This document shows, one piece after another, positions 1-11,500 of a stretch of DNA of 64,000 nt (its first letter is position 1; every line of letters begins with the position of its first letter). The stretch spans positions 2,480,001 through 2,544,000 of the forward strand of contig CP110439.1 of assembly GCA_026914245.1 (NCBI GenBank), written 5' to 3'. A program made the translations under genes and the position numbers. The notes under the pieces were generated by a model. It was not told the origin of the DNA, made no database searches, and was given only the letters and a program-made list of their open reading frames with translations. The DNA is from Puccinia triticina. Taxonomy: Eukaryota.

Positions 1-976
1 GTCGAATGAAACCTTTTGCTACATTCTCTGAAATGTAGTCCCGGAGAACCTTGTCCTCGGGTTCCGACAGACGGTAAATAGTACCTTTTTTAGGCACTGG
101 TCCAATAAGATCAATGCGATGGTTGCAGCTTCGTCAAGGAGGAAGTTTATCTGCAAGGATGGTTGAGAACACGGATGCAAACTCGTGATACTCGGAAGGG
201 ATTGTCGGTAAAATGGTTTCTAAGTCCGCTGGTTCCTCATCAAAAAAGTCGCCTTCGAAGACTTTCTGGTGAGAACCGGTTGTGATGACTCTCAATAGTG
301 TTTCTTCAGACTCAAAACAATACTTATCCGGAAGATGAGAGCGAAGCACAGAAGGAGAGAAAGTTGATTGACTTCCAGGCACATGCATATTGCCTGGCAG
401 AGAACCATTGCTGGATAACGCAATGAGAGATCTCAGGCTGACGAGTTCCTGAGCAGGAAAAAGAGGAGGCTCTTTGGAACTGGATAATCTCTTTTGACGA
501 GGGTTAATTACTCCCTCGGACCAATTAATATCTGGATTCCAATGAGATAAAAAATCATAGCCAAGAATGGCGTCATCATTTCCGGTTGCATCTATGACAA
601 GACATTCCCAATCAAAAGTTTGGAAAGAGGAAATTTGGAAAGTCCAAAGGACCTTACTTGAAAGCCATTGCATCGGCTCCGAGCAGGAACTGTAGGAAAA
701 TAGAGGAAATTACTTCTCTAAAGAGGAAGTCTGAATAGAAAAGGAATCTACCAATTTCCGGCTGACAAAGGAGCGTGTAGCTCCAGAATCGATTAGCACG
801 GAGTATGGCGAGTCTTCCCGGAAAAGAATCAACCTAAGTTGATTCGAGGAAGCTGTTTGTAACAAACAGATTTTGGGCTTGAATTTAGAAGGAAAAGGAG
901 GAACAGGGTCAATGGCACTTTGGGAATTAACGCAGTTGTCTTTGCATTGATCAAAACAACTACTTAGGCTTTTCCC
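1..976 (-). pseudogene. pol: Gypsy pol N-terminal part (aspartic protease, RT start), in the -1 frame relative to gag
   Basis: The -1 frame from GGGAAAA (976-970) is open into LIDSGAT; in-frame stops at about 711-713 and 134-136. Confidence 0.85.
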
Positions 977-2270
977 GCTTTGCGAGCAGCGCGCTTGGCG
1001 CAGTCCTCAAACTTATGTTGACCCCCACAGTACAAACACAATCCAGCCTTCAATCTTCGTTCTTTCTTGCCCGCCTGCAGGTGGCCGTTGGTCAGAACCT
1101 TGGTGATCTCCGCGGCAGCTTTTGAAGTCGGCTTGGAGGCGGAGGATCCGGCGGTGGAGCCGGTTTGTCCTGAATTGGCGATCTTGCTAGAGTTGTCCTT
1201 CTTGGACTGGGCGGGGTGGGAGTTGTTCTCGCAACGTTTTTCTTTCTGACGTTCATGGTAGCGCACATCGATGCGGAGAGTCGCGTCGATGAGTTCCCCT
1301 AAATTGAGAAACTCCTTGGCGTTGTTCTGAGACAAGAGGTCGAGAATGCGTGAGGGGAGCCCCTTTCAGAAATGAAACATCAACGGACGATCGCCCCAAC
1401 CCGGAAGGCGGGACTGGAGGGCTCGGAAACTGGCGATGTAGTTGGAGGCGTGATTGGTCTCTTTCATCATGAGCGTGTCGATGCGATGTTTGGTGGCGCG
1501 GAGCTCGTTTGGATTGCTGAAGAGGGTGACAATCTGAGCTTCAAAAACGGCCCAGGAGTTCATTAAAAAATCGGGAGCGGCGTTCTCCAGAACCTCCAAA
1601 TAGGGTTGGACCCAGTCGAACGCTTTGCCGGTCAGATAAGATGAGGCGTAGAGCGTTCGGGCACGATCAGTGGGAAAAGTGCGAGGATCGTTCAGGAAAA
1701 TCAACTTGCATTGCTGCAAGAAGACTCGGAGTTTGCTGGGAGATGAGCCGTCGAAAGGATCTGGTTTCTTCATCTCGGGAGTGCGGAAAGCAGGTCGAGG
1801 GACTGGTTCTGGAACAACCGCTGGTAACGCGCCTCGGCCCACAATGGTGGCCAAGAGCTGGATGGCCTGGGCTAGAGACTCGTTGGAGACCGGTGCCGCA
1901 ACGGCGGGGCTGGGAGCAGGAAGGGGATTCGTCTCAGGGCGAGGGGGCGGCTCCGGGCGATCGTGACCGTCCGGAGAATCGTTGATCTCCTCTCCGTTGA
2001 TGGCTGGGTCTTGATCTTGATACTCCAGCTGTTCGTCATCATAGGAATCCTCATCGTCCCCACGACGCGAACGGCGGGAGCTCCTTCAAGAGGAATTCGA
2101 TGGGGGGCCGAACTGTCCCTGACTCGACCCTCGACCGCGTTCGACTTGGACTTGAGGTGGCAACCCCAGGACTGAAACTCGAACAGGAATCTGGGAGGTC
2201 GGAGTTTGGTCGATAGCTGGGCTCGAGGAGCGAACTGTCTGTTTGGAGAGCGGGGGATGGTCGGCATGTT
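964..2270 (-). pseudogene. gag: Gypsy gag with in-frame TGA stops
   Basis: ORFs 2086-2295, 1366-1854 and 964-1335 share one frame and are separated by TGA codons (2086-2088, 1366-1368). The start codon is uncertain. Confidence 0.85.
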
Positions 2271-2355
2271 TTTGAAGAGGGAGGAAGCTGTACAAAAAGT
2301 AGGGCTTTGACGGAATTTTGGAGGAATTTCAAAAAACCGGATCAAATTAAGATAC

Positions 2356-2789
2356 TGTCACACGGCGCCTGGTACAGGCAGGCGGGTGGGCACTTAGACG
2401 AAAGAGAAAAGGATATGGAGACACTAACAGCGGAGAAAGAGGAGGCTGAGAGTGTCTTCTGTTTTGGAGAGAAATGCGCTTTGATAACTTGGACTTTAAG
2501 TCAGAACACTAGAAGGGGGACGAAGTGGCAAAGGCACGGAAGGCAGCCAGAGGTGCTAGAAACTATAATCTTAATTTGATGAGGGAGAACAAAATCATAC
2601 AACATCGTAGGCTTTATAGATGATGAGAGCCCACATGCGGGTATTCCATAGAAGAAAACAGGGAAAGTTTTTGCATAATGAAATGAGAAAGGAACGATGG
2701 TGCCTTTCGAGTCCCGAGAGCCCTTTGTCGGCTGAATTCTGAAGGTGGCTGCGAAATGACCGTGAGTAGGGCGAGGGGTATGTGCTACA
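2356..2789 (-). repeat. 5' LTR of the Gypsy element, with TATA box and self-primer
   Basis: The inner end ..TGTGACA at 2356 abuts the PBS. TATAAA lies on the minus strand at 2613-2618. The outer end TGTAGCACA at 2789 is tentative because the partner LTR is outside the window. Confidence 0.65.
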
Positions 2790-3080
2790 AAGTCATGCGC
2801 CGAGAGATGTGAGACTAGAATCAAGACCGAAAAGAAATCCGATGAACTAGTGTTTGCCTCAACAACCTGCGAGTCGCACTAGTCAAAATAATGAGTAATT
2901 GACTAGATGCGTTTTTGAGAATTCAAGCAAGGGATTGAGAGGGTTATTGATCTCTTGCTGCTTGAGAAATAATGTGGACGGCCTAGAAAGGTTATTGGCC
3001 AAACACAATTCGTATTGAGTTTGCTGAATTCTTTCGCCACAATGATTGGTGTTCGTCCATCCAATCCGTCGTATGACACC

Positions 3081-5850
3081 GCTGCGCTATCTCCAAAAGC
3101 ACAAACCGGAAATCGCTTGGAGTTGAATCAAAAATTGTCCGAGATAAACCACTTGATATGATGGTTTCGGACGTTGCCGGACCGTTCGAGGTAGATCTCC
3201 ACGGGATGAGATATTGCGTTACTCTTTGAGACCACGCCAGCACTTTCTCTTTTGTTGGGGCGATTGAGCGGAAAGCGGACGTACCAGATAAAATCATGTC
3301 CTGGATGGAACATCTGAAGAATTACTTTGGACGGTACCCCACCAACGTTTGATGTGATAATGCTCCGGAATATGTCCATGCTCTGCCGAAAAGGCTAGAT
3401 GTGATCGGCCTGAAAACGGCTCCAAGTGCTCCCTATACCCCTCAGCAGAACGGTGAAGCTGAAAAGCTAAATCGGACGATAGGCGACATGGCTCGTACAA
3501 TGTTGCATGTAAGTGGCCTTCCTCAACGGTTCTGGAGCTACGCCTGGTCGACCGCTGGCCATATCCACAACTGAATCCCGAATTCCCGAACAGGGGAGAA
3601 GTCGCCTGTGGAATTATTCTATGGTGTGCGGCCTAACCCAGACGTTCTGTACCCGTTCGGTGCAAAAACGTTGATCCACATCCCCAGCAATCGCCGCAAG
3701 AAACTGGATGAGCGGGCGCAGGAAGCTGTCATGATTGGTTATGCGGATGCGGGGGCAGGATGGTTGTTTTTTTCCCCTCGTGAAAGGCGAGCAATACACT
3801 CCACGGCAGCTGTTTTCCCGGATTTCCAGAATCTTCTGGTAAAGAAGAATGTCAAGAAGTTAGATCTGGATTTTGTTCTCAACCAGATTATGCTGAAACT
3901 GGGAGAGGAGCGTACCAATGAAATTGCAGTGGAGGAGGCAAGGCAGATGGCTCAACTGAACCCAGGCCCAGAAATTGATCTGCCAAAGACAATCAAGGTG
4001 GCGTTGTCGGGAATCGATTCGGTATCGTGGAAGGCGGTGGCGACGTATGAAATGGACAAGTTTGGCGAGCTTGACGTATGGGAAGCGGTAGATCCTTTCA
4101 AGGGCATGCGGGTACTGGGCGCGCGGTGGGTATTCTCGTTGAAGAGGAGGCCTGATGGGTCGATCGAGAAGTTTAGGGCGAGGTATGTTGCGAAAGGCTT
4201 CAATCAACAGCTCTGAGTCGACTGCAACGAGACCTATGCCCCTACGGCATCTTTGAACACTCTGAGACTTCTGATTTCGATGGCAAACAAATTCGGACTA
4301 TCAACGGCAACATTTGATGTTAGTTCAGCATATCTCTATAGCCCAATAGAAGGAGACGTCTATGTTCAACCTCCGGTCAAAATATTCCCGGAACTAAAAG
4401 GAAAAGTAATGAAACTGAAAAAGGCGCTGTATGGTACAAAACAGGCTGCCCGATGCTGGTGGAAGTACTTCAAACTTACTGTGGAAAAATTGGGTTTTGA
4501 GGCGAGTGAAATCAAACCCTCTCTATACCTGTTCCGGAAAGGTGGCGGTTTTGTGGTCATCTGGTTACATGTCGATGATGGGTTTGCGGTTGGTTCAGAT
4601 GTTTCATTATTACACCAACTGCGCGACGGGATGATGAAAGATTTGGAGATCAAATGGTCCGATCAGGTGGAACAACTTGTTGGCATCAATTTTGAACAAC
4701 GTCGTGATGGAATCTACCTAGATCAGAAACTGATGGCGGACAAAATTGTGGAAAAATATGAGCGGAAGACCTTCACCAGAGCGGTTGCGCTGAGCGAGGA
4801 CGTGCTTGAGACTTACACTGGTGTGGCGGTAGACGCGACGGGATATCAATCTGTTATTGGCTCACTGATGTACCTGTCGAGTGGGACGCGATCTGACCTT
4901 TCTTTTCCGGTAAACCTGTTAGCTCGCTTTAGTGCCAATCCCAGCGAAACCCACTGGAACGCGCTAGACTATTTGATTGGATATGTCAAGAAAACATTGG
5001 GAAAGAAGTTGGCTTACCATGGGAAGGGCGACGACTTGCGATTGTGGACGGACGCAAACTGGGGGGGCGAGCACGAGAAGTCTACGACTGGTTATGTGAT
5101 GACACATTGCGGGGATGCCATTGCATGGGGCTCAAGACGGCAGACAGTAGTTGCACTTTCAACGTGTGCGGCAGAATATTTGGCGCTCTCTGAAGGCTCT
5201 CAGCAACTAGAGCATATCATGAATATCCTGGACGACATCAAGTTATATCCTCAAATTTCCATACATGTTGACAATGAAGCCGCGATTTTGATTGCAACTG
5301 ACAACGCTTCAAAGAAAAAGACAAAATATTTACAACGCGCTTTCTATTTTGTAAACGACTTGGTGCGGGCAAATGACATCAAGCTGGAATGGACAAGCAC
5401 GGTGAACCAGTTGGCGGACGTGTTGACAAAGCGGCTTGGCGCAACAAAAATGGCAGAGGCAGGGATTAAGCTGGGGTTGGTCAATTAAAGTTTGCATGCG
5501 TGGGAGGGGGTGTTAGAGTTCAGGATGCACAATGGCAAACTTTGGTGGTTATCTATGTACTTAGATCACATGTACATAGATGTTTTAGCTTCTGTCAGTG
5601 ACAGGTCCAAACCCTAACCCTGTCACTGCCGGGCACGTACAGTCAGGCTCTTGCACGCCCGGGATCCTTTCTCTTTCCTCACCAAGATTGGATACCGGGA
5701 TTGAAACGTGGAGAGCTGACCGCCGCCGGACTGTACCGTGCAGGTTAGTCAACCATGCTTAGCAATTTACACCAAGATTGGATACTGGGATCGACACGTG
5801 GAGAGCTGACCGCCGCCGGACTGTACCGTGCAGCTTCCAAGCCTTTATAC
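3081..5850 (+). mobile_element. 5'-truncated Ty1/Copia element (integrase-RT-RNase H, PPT, 3' LTR)
   Basis: Integrase motifs DVAGPF..TL*DHAS..CDN..PYTPQQNGEAE; RT motifs RARYVAKGF, LKKALYGTKQA, LHVDD; RNase H WTDANWG..ADVLTK; PPT GGGAGGGGG at 5502-5510; LTR begins TGTTAG at 5511 with its end not determined. Several stop codons. Confidence 0.92.
5680..5833. repeat. Two near-identical 64-bp direct repeats (5680-5743, 5770-5833)
   Basis: CACCAAGATTGGATAC..GGACTGTACCGTGCAG occurs twice with 3 mismatches and a 26-bp spacer. Confidence 0.9.
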
Positions 5851-7484
5851 TAATGCCTGGACATACATATGATGCCCTTCCATCCCCCGCCATAGCCGTG
5901 TCCAACTCCATCAACTACTCCACCCCCGCGCGGTCATCGGCCCCTCAACCCACCGCGGGTCGAACGAATGGAACCGGCGCCCGCCGTCGGAGAAGCTCAT
6001 CCGTGGATGAAGATGGTGGAAGCCAAACTCCTACCTGCTACACCAGTCCCCTCCACCTCCTTCAGACCTCACTGACCCCCCCCCCATGGGGCGAAATATG
6101 CTTACTTGAGGCTGGCCACGCTAGTCAACTACTTTGCCTCCCAAGCCCGACACACATCACAATGGGATCAAATTGATGATACCCTCGAGGAGCACCGCGG
6201 CCTCACCAACCACTTCTTGAACCAGTAAGTACATTCCCGGTACCCTAACCCGATGCAATCTGACGCCTGCCTCTTCACAGCTGGAATCACCTTTTGGCAG
6301 CCAAGGAGCCTTGCAAGGGCAGGAGCCCTTGCTCACCAACCTCGATCAAGACGCTGTTGCCCTCCCGACGCCCCAGGAGACCCGCGCCCGGATGGCCGCC
6401 GCTGCGAACCCTCAATAGCTGCTCCGAAGCTTTGTCTCCCGTTCGAGCCCCAGAGCCCCCCCCCCCCCCCCCCCCCCTCATTTTCCCACCTCTAAAGGAC
6501 ATTCCCCCCCTGGCATCTGCCAGGGGCCTGTTGTTTCCCAGATCTGTTATTATTAACAACATGCAATGAATAAGACCAAATACCCATGAATCTTGTATGC
6601 GGTTGACCCATGATGCCTGCCCCAACTGGGGCCACAAGCCCACCGGGATCTATTCTGCCCTGCCTCGTGCCCCCAAGTGAGCGTCCCCTGCTCGTCTGAG
6701 CGCCGCGCCTGCTGTCACATTGGGCCGAAAGGTGAACCGACCGTCGTACGCCTCCGGCACGCCGGCCACGTCGTCCAGCTCGCCTGTCAGCTATGCGGAT
6801 TATGGCCGACCGGTTGGGCCCTCAGGTGGAGGCCCCGGATACGTCTCACTAGACCCTCACAACCCGCCCCTTTGGGGCCGCGCAGTCGCCAAGTCTTGTC
6901 GACATGGGTGCCACCCTGTCGCGCGATTGCGCCGCCCCTCAAATCGCCTTTTTATGCGACCCCCAACGCGTCGACCATGGGACAGGGGCATCCCATGGCC
7001 GAACAGGCGGGGCGACCCAAGTCTGCCCTTTTGGAGTGCGGCGGCCTCGGGGCGACCCACATGGGAGCCCCCTGGGACCTCCCTGACGGTCCCAAGGTCG
7101 TCTTTGGGGGCGCCTGTGGGGCGGTGTTCCTGATGGCTGGGTCACGGGGGCGCCCCACTGATGGTTTCTGGGGCGACTCGACCGCCCTGCGGTGTATGTA
7201 ACCTTGGCAAGGTTTCCGGTCGCCCTATTGTCAACACGCCATCCAACGCATCGATGCATCTCTTGGTGTAGCGCATATTTTGTATAAAAACTCGCACTGG
7301 TTGGGCGGTCGGGCCCAACATCTCACACTCCACTACTCTCCCAACTGAACTAAAGTCACTTTCCAAAGCTTTCCAATTATCAGCAGGCATCCTAAGTTTT
7401 TCCAAAAACCTGGTCGTTTTTTGCTCCGTCTGCATCTCAACCTTTAGTCCTCAAGCCAACCAAAATATATTGTATATAAACAAG

Positions 7485-8012
7485 ATGAAGTTGATTTGCT
7501 GTCCCTTTTTCATGTTGCTCCTCGCATCAGTATTGGGCTGCCCAGACGGACGTATAGGTGTCTGTTTTTCGCCCAATGACTACAGAAACAGCGCTCTACA
7601 ACTGGTCCCAGGTATGTGTTCACTAATTTCTGATGTAATAGTGTCTAGTTCACTTCCGTGAGCTGACTCAGTACTTGAGTTGCAATCATGTACTCGGTAT
7701 TCAATTTTACAGTGCAGTTTGCAGGACATGATAATACCTGTGAAGTTCAAACCCGAGGAGACAATGTTCGTTGGCGCACACGATGCTGCTTAAAAACTAT
7801 GTTAGACACTTACAAAGTTAGTAGGAAACCAGCACCAAAATTTATCTAAGCCAAAGTTGGACTAATCAAAAGCCTTCATTGATTGCATCTACACCCAGCC
7901 TCCATATACGACCGAAAACGAATTCAGAATCGCGAGGAAAAGTCTCGAGAGTGGAGGAAAGCTTGACGCCCCTCCCGACCGCAAGAAGAACCCCAATGTA
8001 GACTGTTATTAA
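7485..8012 (+). CDS. Small secreted cysteine-rich protein (candidate effector), 114 aa; exons 7485-7611, 7713-7816, 7899-8012
   Basis: Signal-peptide-like N-terminus MKLICCPFFMLLLASVLG; introns GTATGT..TACAG and GTTAGT..GACTAAT..CCAG; the spliced frame is open to TAA at 8010-8012; six Cys in the mature part. Confidence 0.85.
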
Positions 8013-8570
8013 GCTTGTTAGTTTGAATTGAACAGTTTTCTGATTAAACTTGATAAGCTGTCTCTATAGGGTCACTAAAACCCTGCTGGCTCCCTCACAC
8101 GTTTTCAGCTGGCGCTCTTGTGCAGAGATTAGCTAGAAAAAGCAGATGGTAATTTAAGGGGATGTCAAATTTTAAATCCTATCTTTTACATCGCCAGTGC
8201 TGTAGGGGGTTTCACAATAAGGAAACCCGGGAAGGTGTTCGAGCGCTTGCATATTGTTATGAGGATGCTCGGGGCGATTTCTTGCGGGACTTCACGCCAA
8301 ATTTTTAAGCAAGTATGTCACCCGCGAGTAAAGAAATTTAGTGCCGCGGGAAGCGACACCCCTGGAGACTGGAAACGAGCTACTCAGTAGCCTGCTTACA
8401 TGAATTATGCAGGCTACGGGAGGTCTCTATGCCCCTCGCCCGCCCTCTCACAGGCGTATGACTAAGCAGGTCCCGAGCTCGCGACCAACGTTCGATCGCC
8501 TTCCATCGCTGCGTGGCCCGCTGGGCTTGCAGCATTGCGGAACCTACGTTGGGCAGCTAGCTGTTGTGCT

Positions 8571-11500
8571 TGTTGTAAACTAACCACTTAGGTTACAATT
8601 AGTGACACTCGCCTACCGATAGACCATACTATGTCCCTCGGAGAATAAGCTGCAGAGCGGATTCTCCGCATTCACTACGTTATTCAGGTCTTTTGTCACA
8701 TTAGGTTATGAGCCTGTAAATCTCGCCATACCGAATTCTTTTCGTCTCAATAATCAGGGTAGTTTTGAATCAAACGTAATCAACCCGGAATTTTTTATTG
8801 CTTTAGCTATCTCAATTTTGTCACCAAAACTTTCTCGGGTATCCCAGTTTAGGGAGTAATTGACCCAACCAATCTTCTACCTCAAGGATCGTCAACATTT
8901 CTCTCTTGGTTATCAATCGGATCTTCAGGGGTATTCAAGTGCCTGTGTCTATTTTCTTGAAAATCTGGATTCTTCATCGTTTTTTCCCCATATCTACTCT
9001 GACTGCGGAAACACAAGAACGTTGTGATAAAGCTAAGCAGTCCGCCAAAACTGTGAAATCTGCTCCTTTGGCACGGAGCAGGGCTTAGACGCGACCTTGA
9101 CATTCCAAAAGTCTACTCCCTCTCTCAAACCTCTTCCAAAGAACTCAGACGATCAAGTGAGTAGCCACGGGTAGCTTGTTTGCTTCGGTTGATTCTTTTG
9201 TTTTTCCTCCCGATCCCCTCAGTTTATGTCAAACAACGACCGACAAGATATCCCTTCTGGTTCTAATCGCCGCACATCAGCATTGTCCGCCTGGTCAGGA
9301 AGATCAATCGCCGAACTCAGCGGTCAAGAACTTTTCGACGCCGTTACAGCTTCAATCCGAGACACCCCTAATCACTTGGAGCAAATCTTTGGCCAGACTC
9401 CTGATCTCGACATACGACCAAATTCGCAGGCACAACAATCAACAGGAGACGCCACGGTCATCGATCAGCGGATTCCTGGAGCCTGGCAGCAAGCTCGACC
9501 AGCAACACCCCGGAACCGGTACTATCCGCAGCTTCCACCGGCCCCGATTTCCACCTCTTCAGACGCGGACGCTTTTCTGACAGAGCGGCACTACGTCCCT
9601 CTTCCTCGATCGACTTTCCGACAACCAATTTTTCCCCCTCCCCCCTCACCTCCTCCACCACCTCCACCGTCTTTTGCCTCACCGATAGCATCGGCAGAAG
9701 GAGGAGAATCCTCATTCAACATCTACGTTCCGCCCTCTCCACCTTCCCCCAATCATCCACCACCGACGTCTTTCGTAATGGATCCACCACCCCATCTCTC
9801 AACGGCGCAACAAGCAGCAGATTTGGCTGAGGCGAAGCTTCAGCTTGAAGAGTCTAACATCGTTGGGAAGGCAGTACACGCGGCCACATCGGGCATCCCA
9901 GTTGATTTCATACTAGCCGCCGATGGATCAAATTTCGAAGTGTGGACCCGCGAGCTGTCTGAGAAGGCGACAATTCATCTGTCTGACAAAGACTACTACA
10001 CCACGACAAAGACGAACTCGGTGCTCGAAAAAATAGGCAGAGCAATTTTTCTAGCCATGATTCACGAGTCCCTCAAGTCTGACGTACACGGTGCTTCGTC
10101 TTGTAATGCAATGTACGATCTGATGTTCAAGAAATTCAAATCGGTCAGTCGCGCGGCACAACTCGACGTTTTCTACCGATTCATCAAATTCAAGAACTTG
10201 GCAAACCCGACTTCAGCTGGGGTGGCATCGAAGCTGAAGGACCTGGCGACGGAGTGGAGAAATCTGAAAGTTACACTCACCGATGATGTGTTCATGGGTT
10301 TTGTGCTCCAGGCCAGCATTGGAAGAGACACTTCACTTGGTCAAGATTTCAATCGACGGATCGAGTTGGAACTTCAGAAGTCAGCAGATTGTACGACACC
10401 GACTTTTGACAAACTGATTCAGCTCCTGTCGGCCTGCAAACTCCAGGATGACCACACGCGACCCATAGGAAGACCTTCTTCGTCCCCATCTCATTCCCCA
10501 GCAATGCATCAATCGACAGCCGACCTCCCACCGTTCAACCAAGCGGCTTTTCTCACTGATGTCCCAGAGGTTGACTGGCCGGCCGCTCTGGAATTCTATC
10601 ACGTCACAGCGAACCGATGCTGGAGCTGCGGAGACGCTTCGCACTACTTGAGAGACTGCCCCACCAGGTCCAGATCGACACTGGTAAACCGTTGACAGCG
10701 TGGCCCCGGAGCATTCTCCTACCGACCCACTCAGGCACCTCGCCCGCAAGCTCACCAGCCACCTTTCATGCCAATGATCGGCGCGGTCTACCCACCTCTC
10801 AACTTCCCGTTCGGTCAACCTCAGTTCGGCGTGCCTCCCGGTCTACAGTCCCGACAGCAACTCAACCCGACTCAGTATCTTCAACATTTTCAGATGCCCT
10901 ATCCCCCTGCCCAACAGTTCTTGGCCCCACCGCAACATCAACAGCAGTTTCATCGACCAGCTGACAGCTACAGGCCTAACCCTGCCCAATCTCAACGCCA
11001 ACAAACCAACCATTCCCGACCTCGACAAGACAATCAACGAGGGGGTGGGGCATCTGCGAGGGAGGTTGAGGTTTCAGACCTTCCCGATGGGGTGGCTGAT
11101 GTGGATTTTGGTGCGATGACAGCGGAGATTGATGTGAGTACCCCAGCAATAGTCGACTCGGGAGCTACCCATCACCTCACGGGTTCTATCCAGCTCCTTC
11201 ATAACTTCAGACTGCTCAAGTCTCCCATTGCTTTGAATGTAGCAACTGCGGGAGCTGGAGCCTTTATATCAGGCGCAGGCGAGTTACGTTTCCGAGGGCC
11301 CAGTGACACAACCATAACCATATCCGGTGTGCTGTTCTGTGAGCAGGCGTGTTCCACTTTAATTTCTCTGGCGGCCCTCAGGAAAGCTAACTGGTCATTC
11401 CAATATGACAACTGCAGTGATACTTTTTATATTTTCAATCCTGGTTGCATTCCTGTTTTCCGCTGCCCTTTCGAGCAAATCAAGAACAGATGGTGCATAC

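Larger units (their letters stand above)
1..2789 (-). mobile_element. Ty3/Gypsy LTR retrotransposon, 5' part (LTR, gag, protease, start of RT); runs off the window
   Basis: Gag motif KKPDPFDGSSPSKLRVFL..YASSYLTGKAFDW, zinc knuckle CLYCGGQHKFEDC, protease VLIDSGATRSFV (about 763-799), and RT start HRIDL..IYRLS..KGFIR (1-130). Confidence 0.93.

Noticed and set aside
5850..7440. Many overlapping GC-rich ORFs and a poly-C run (about 6456-6477)
   Set aside because: No recognisable domain or consistent exon structure; probably a decayed repeat that I could not classify.
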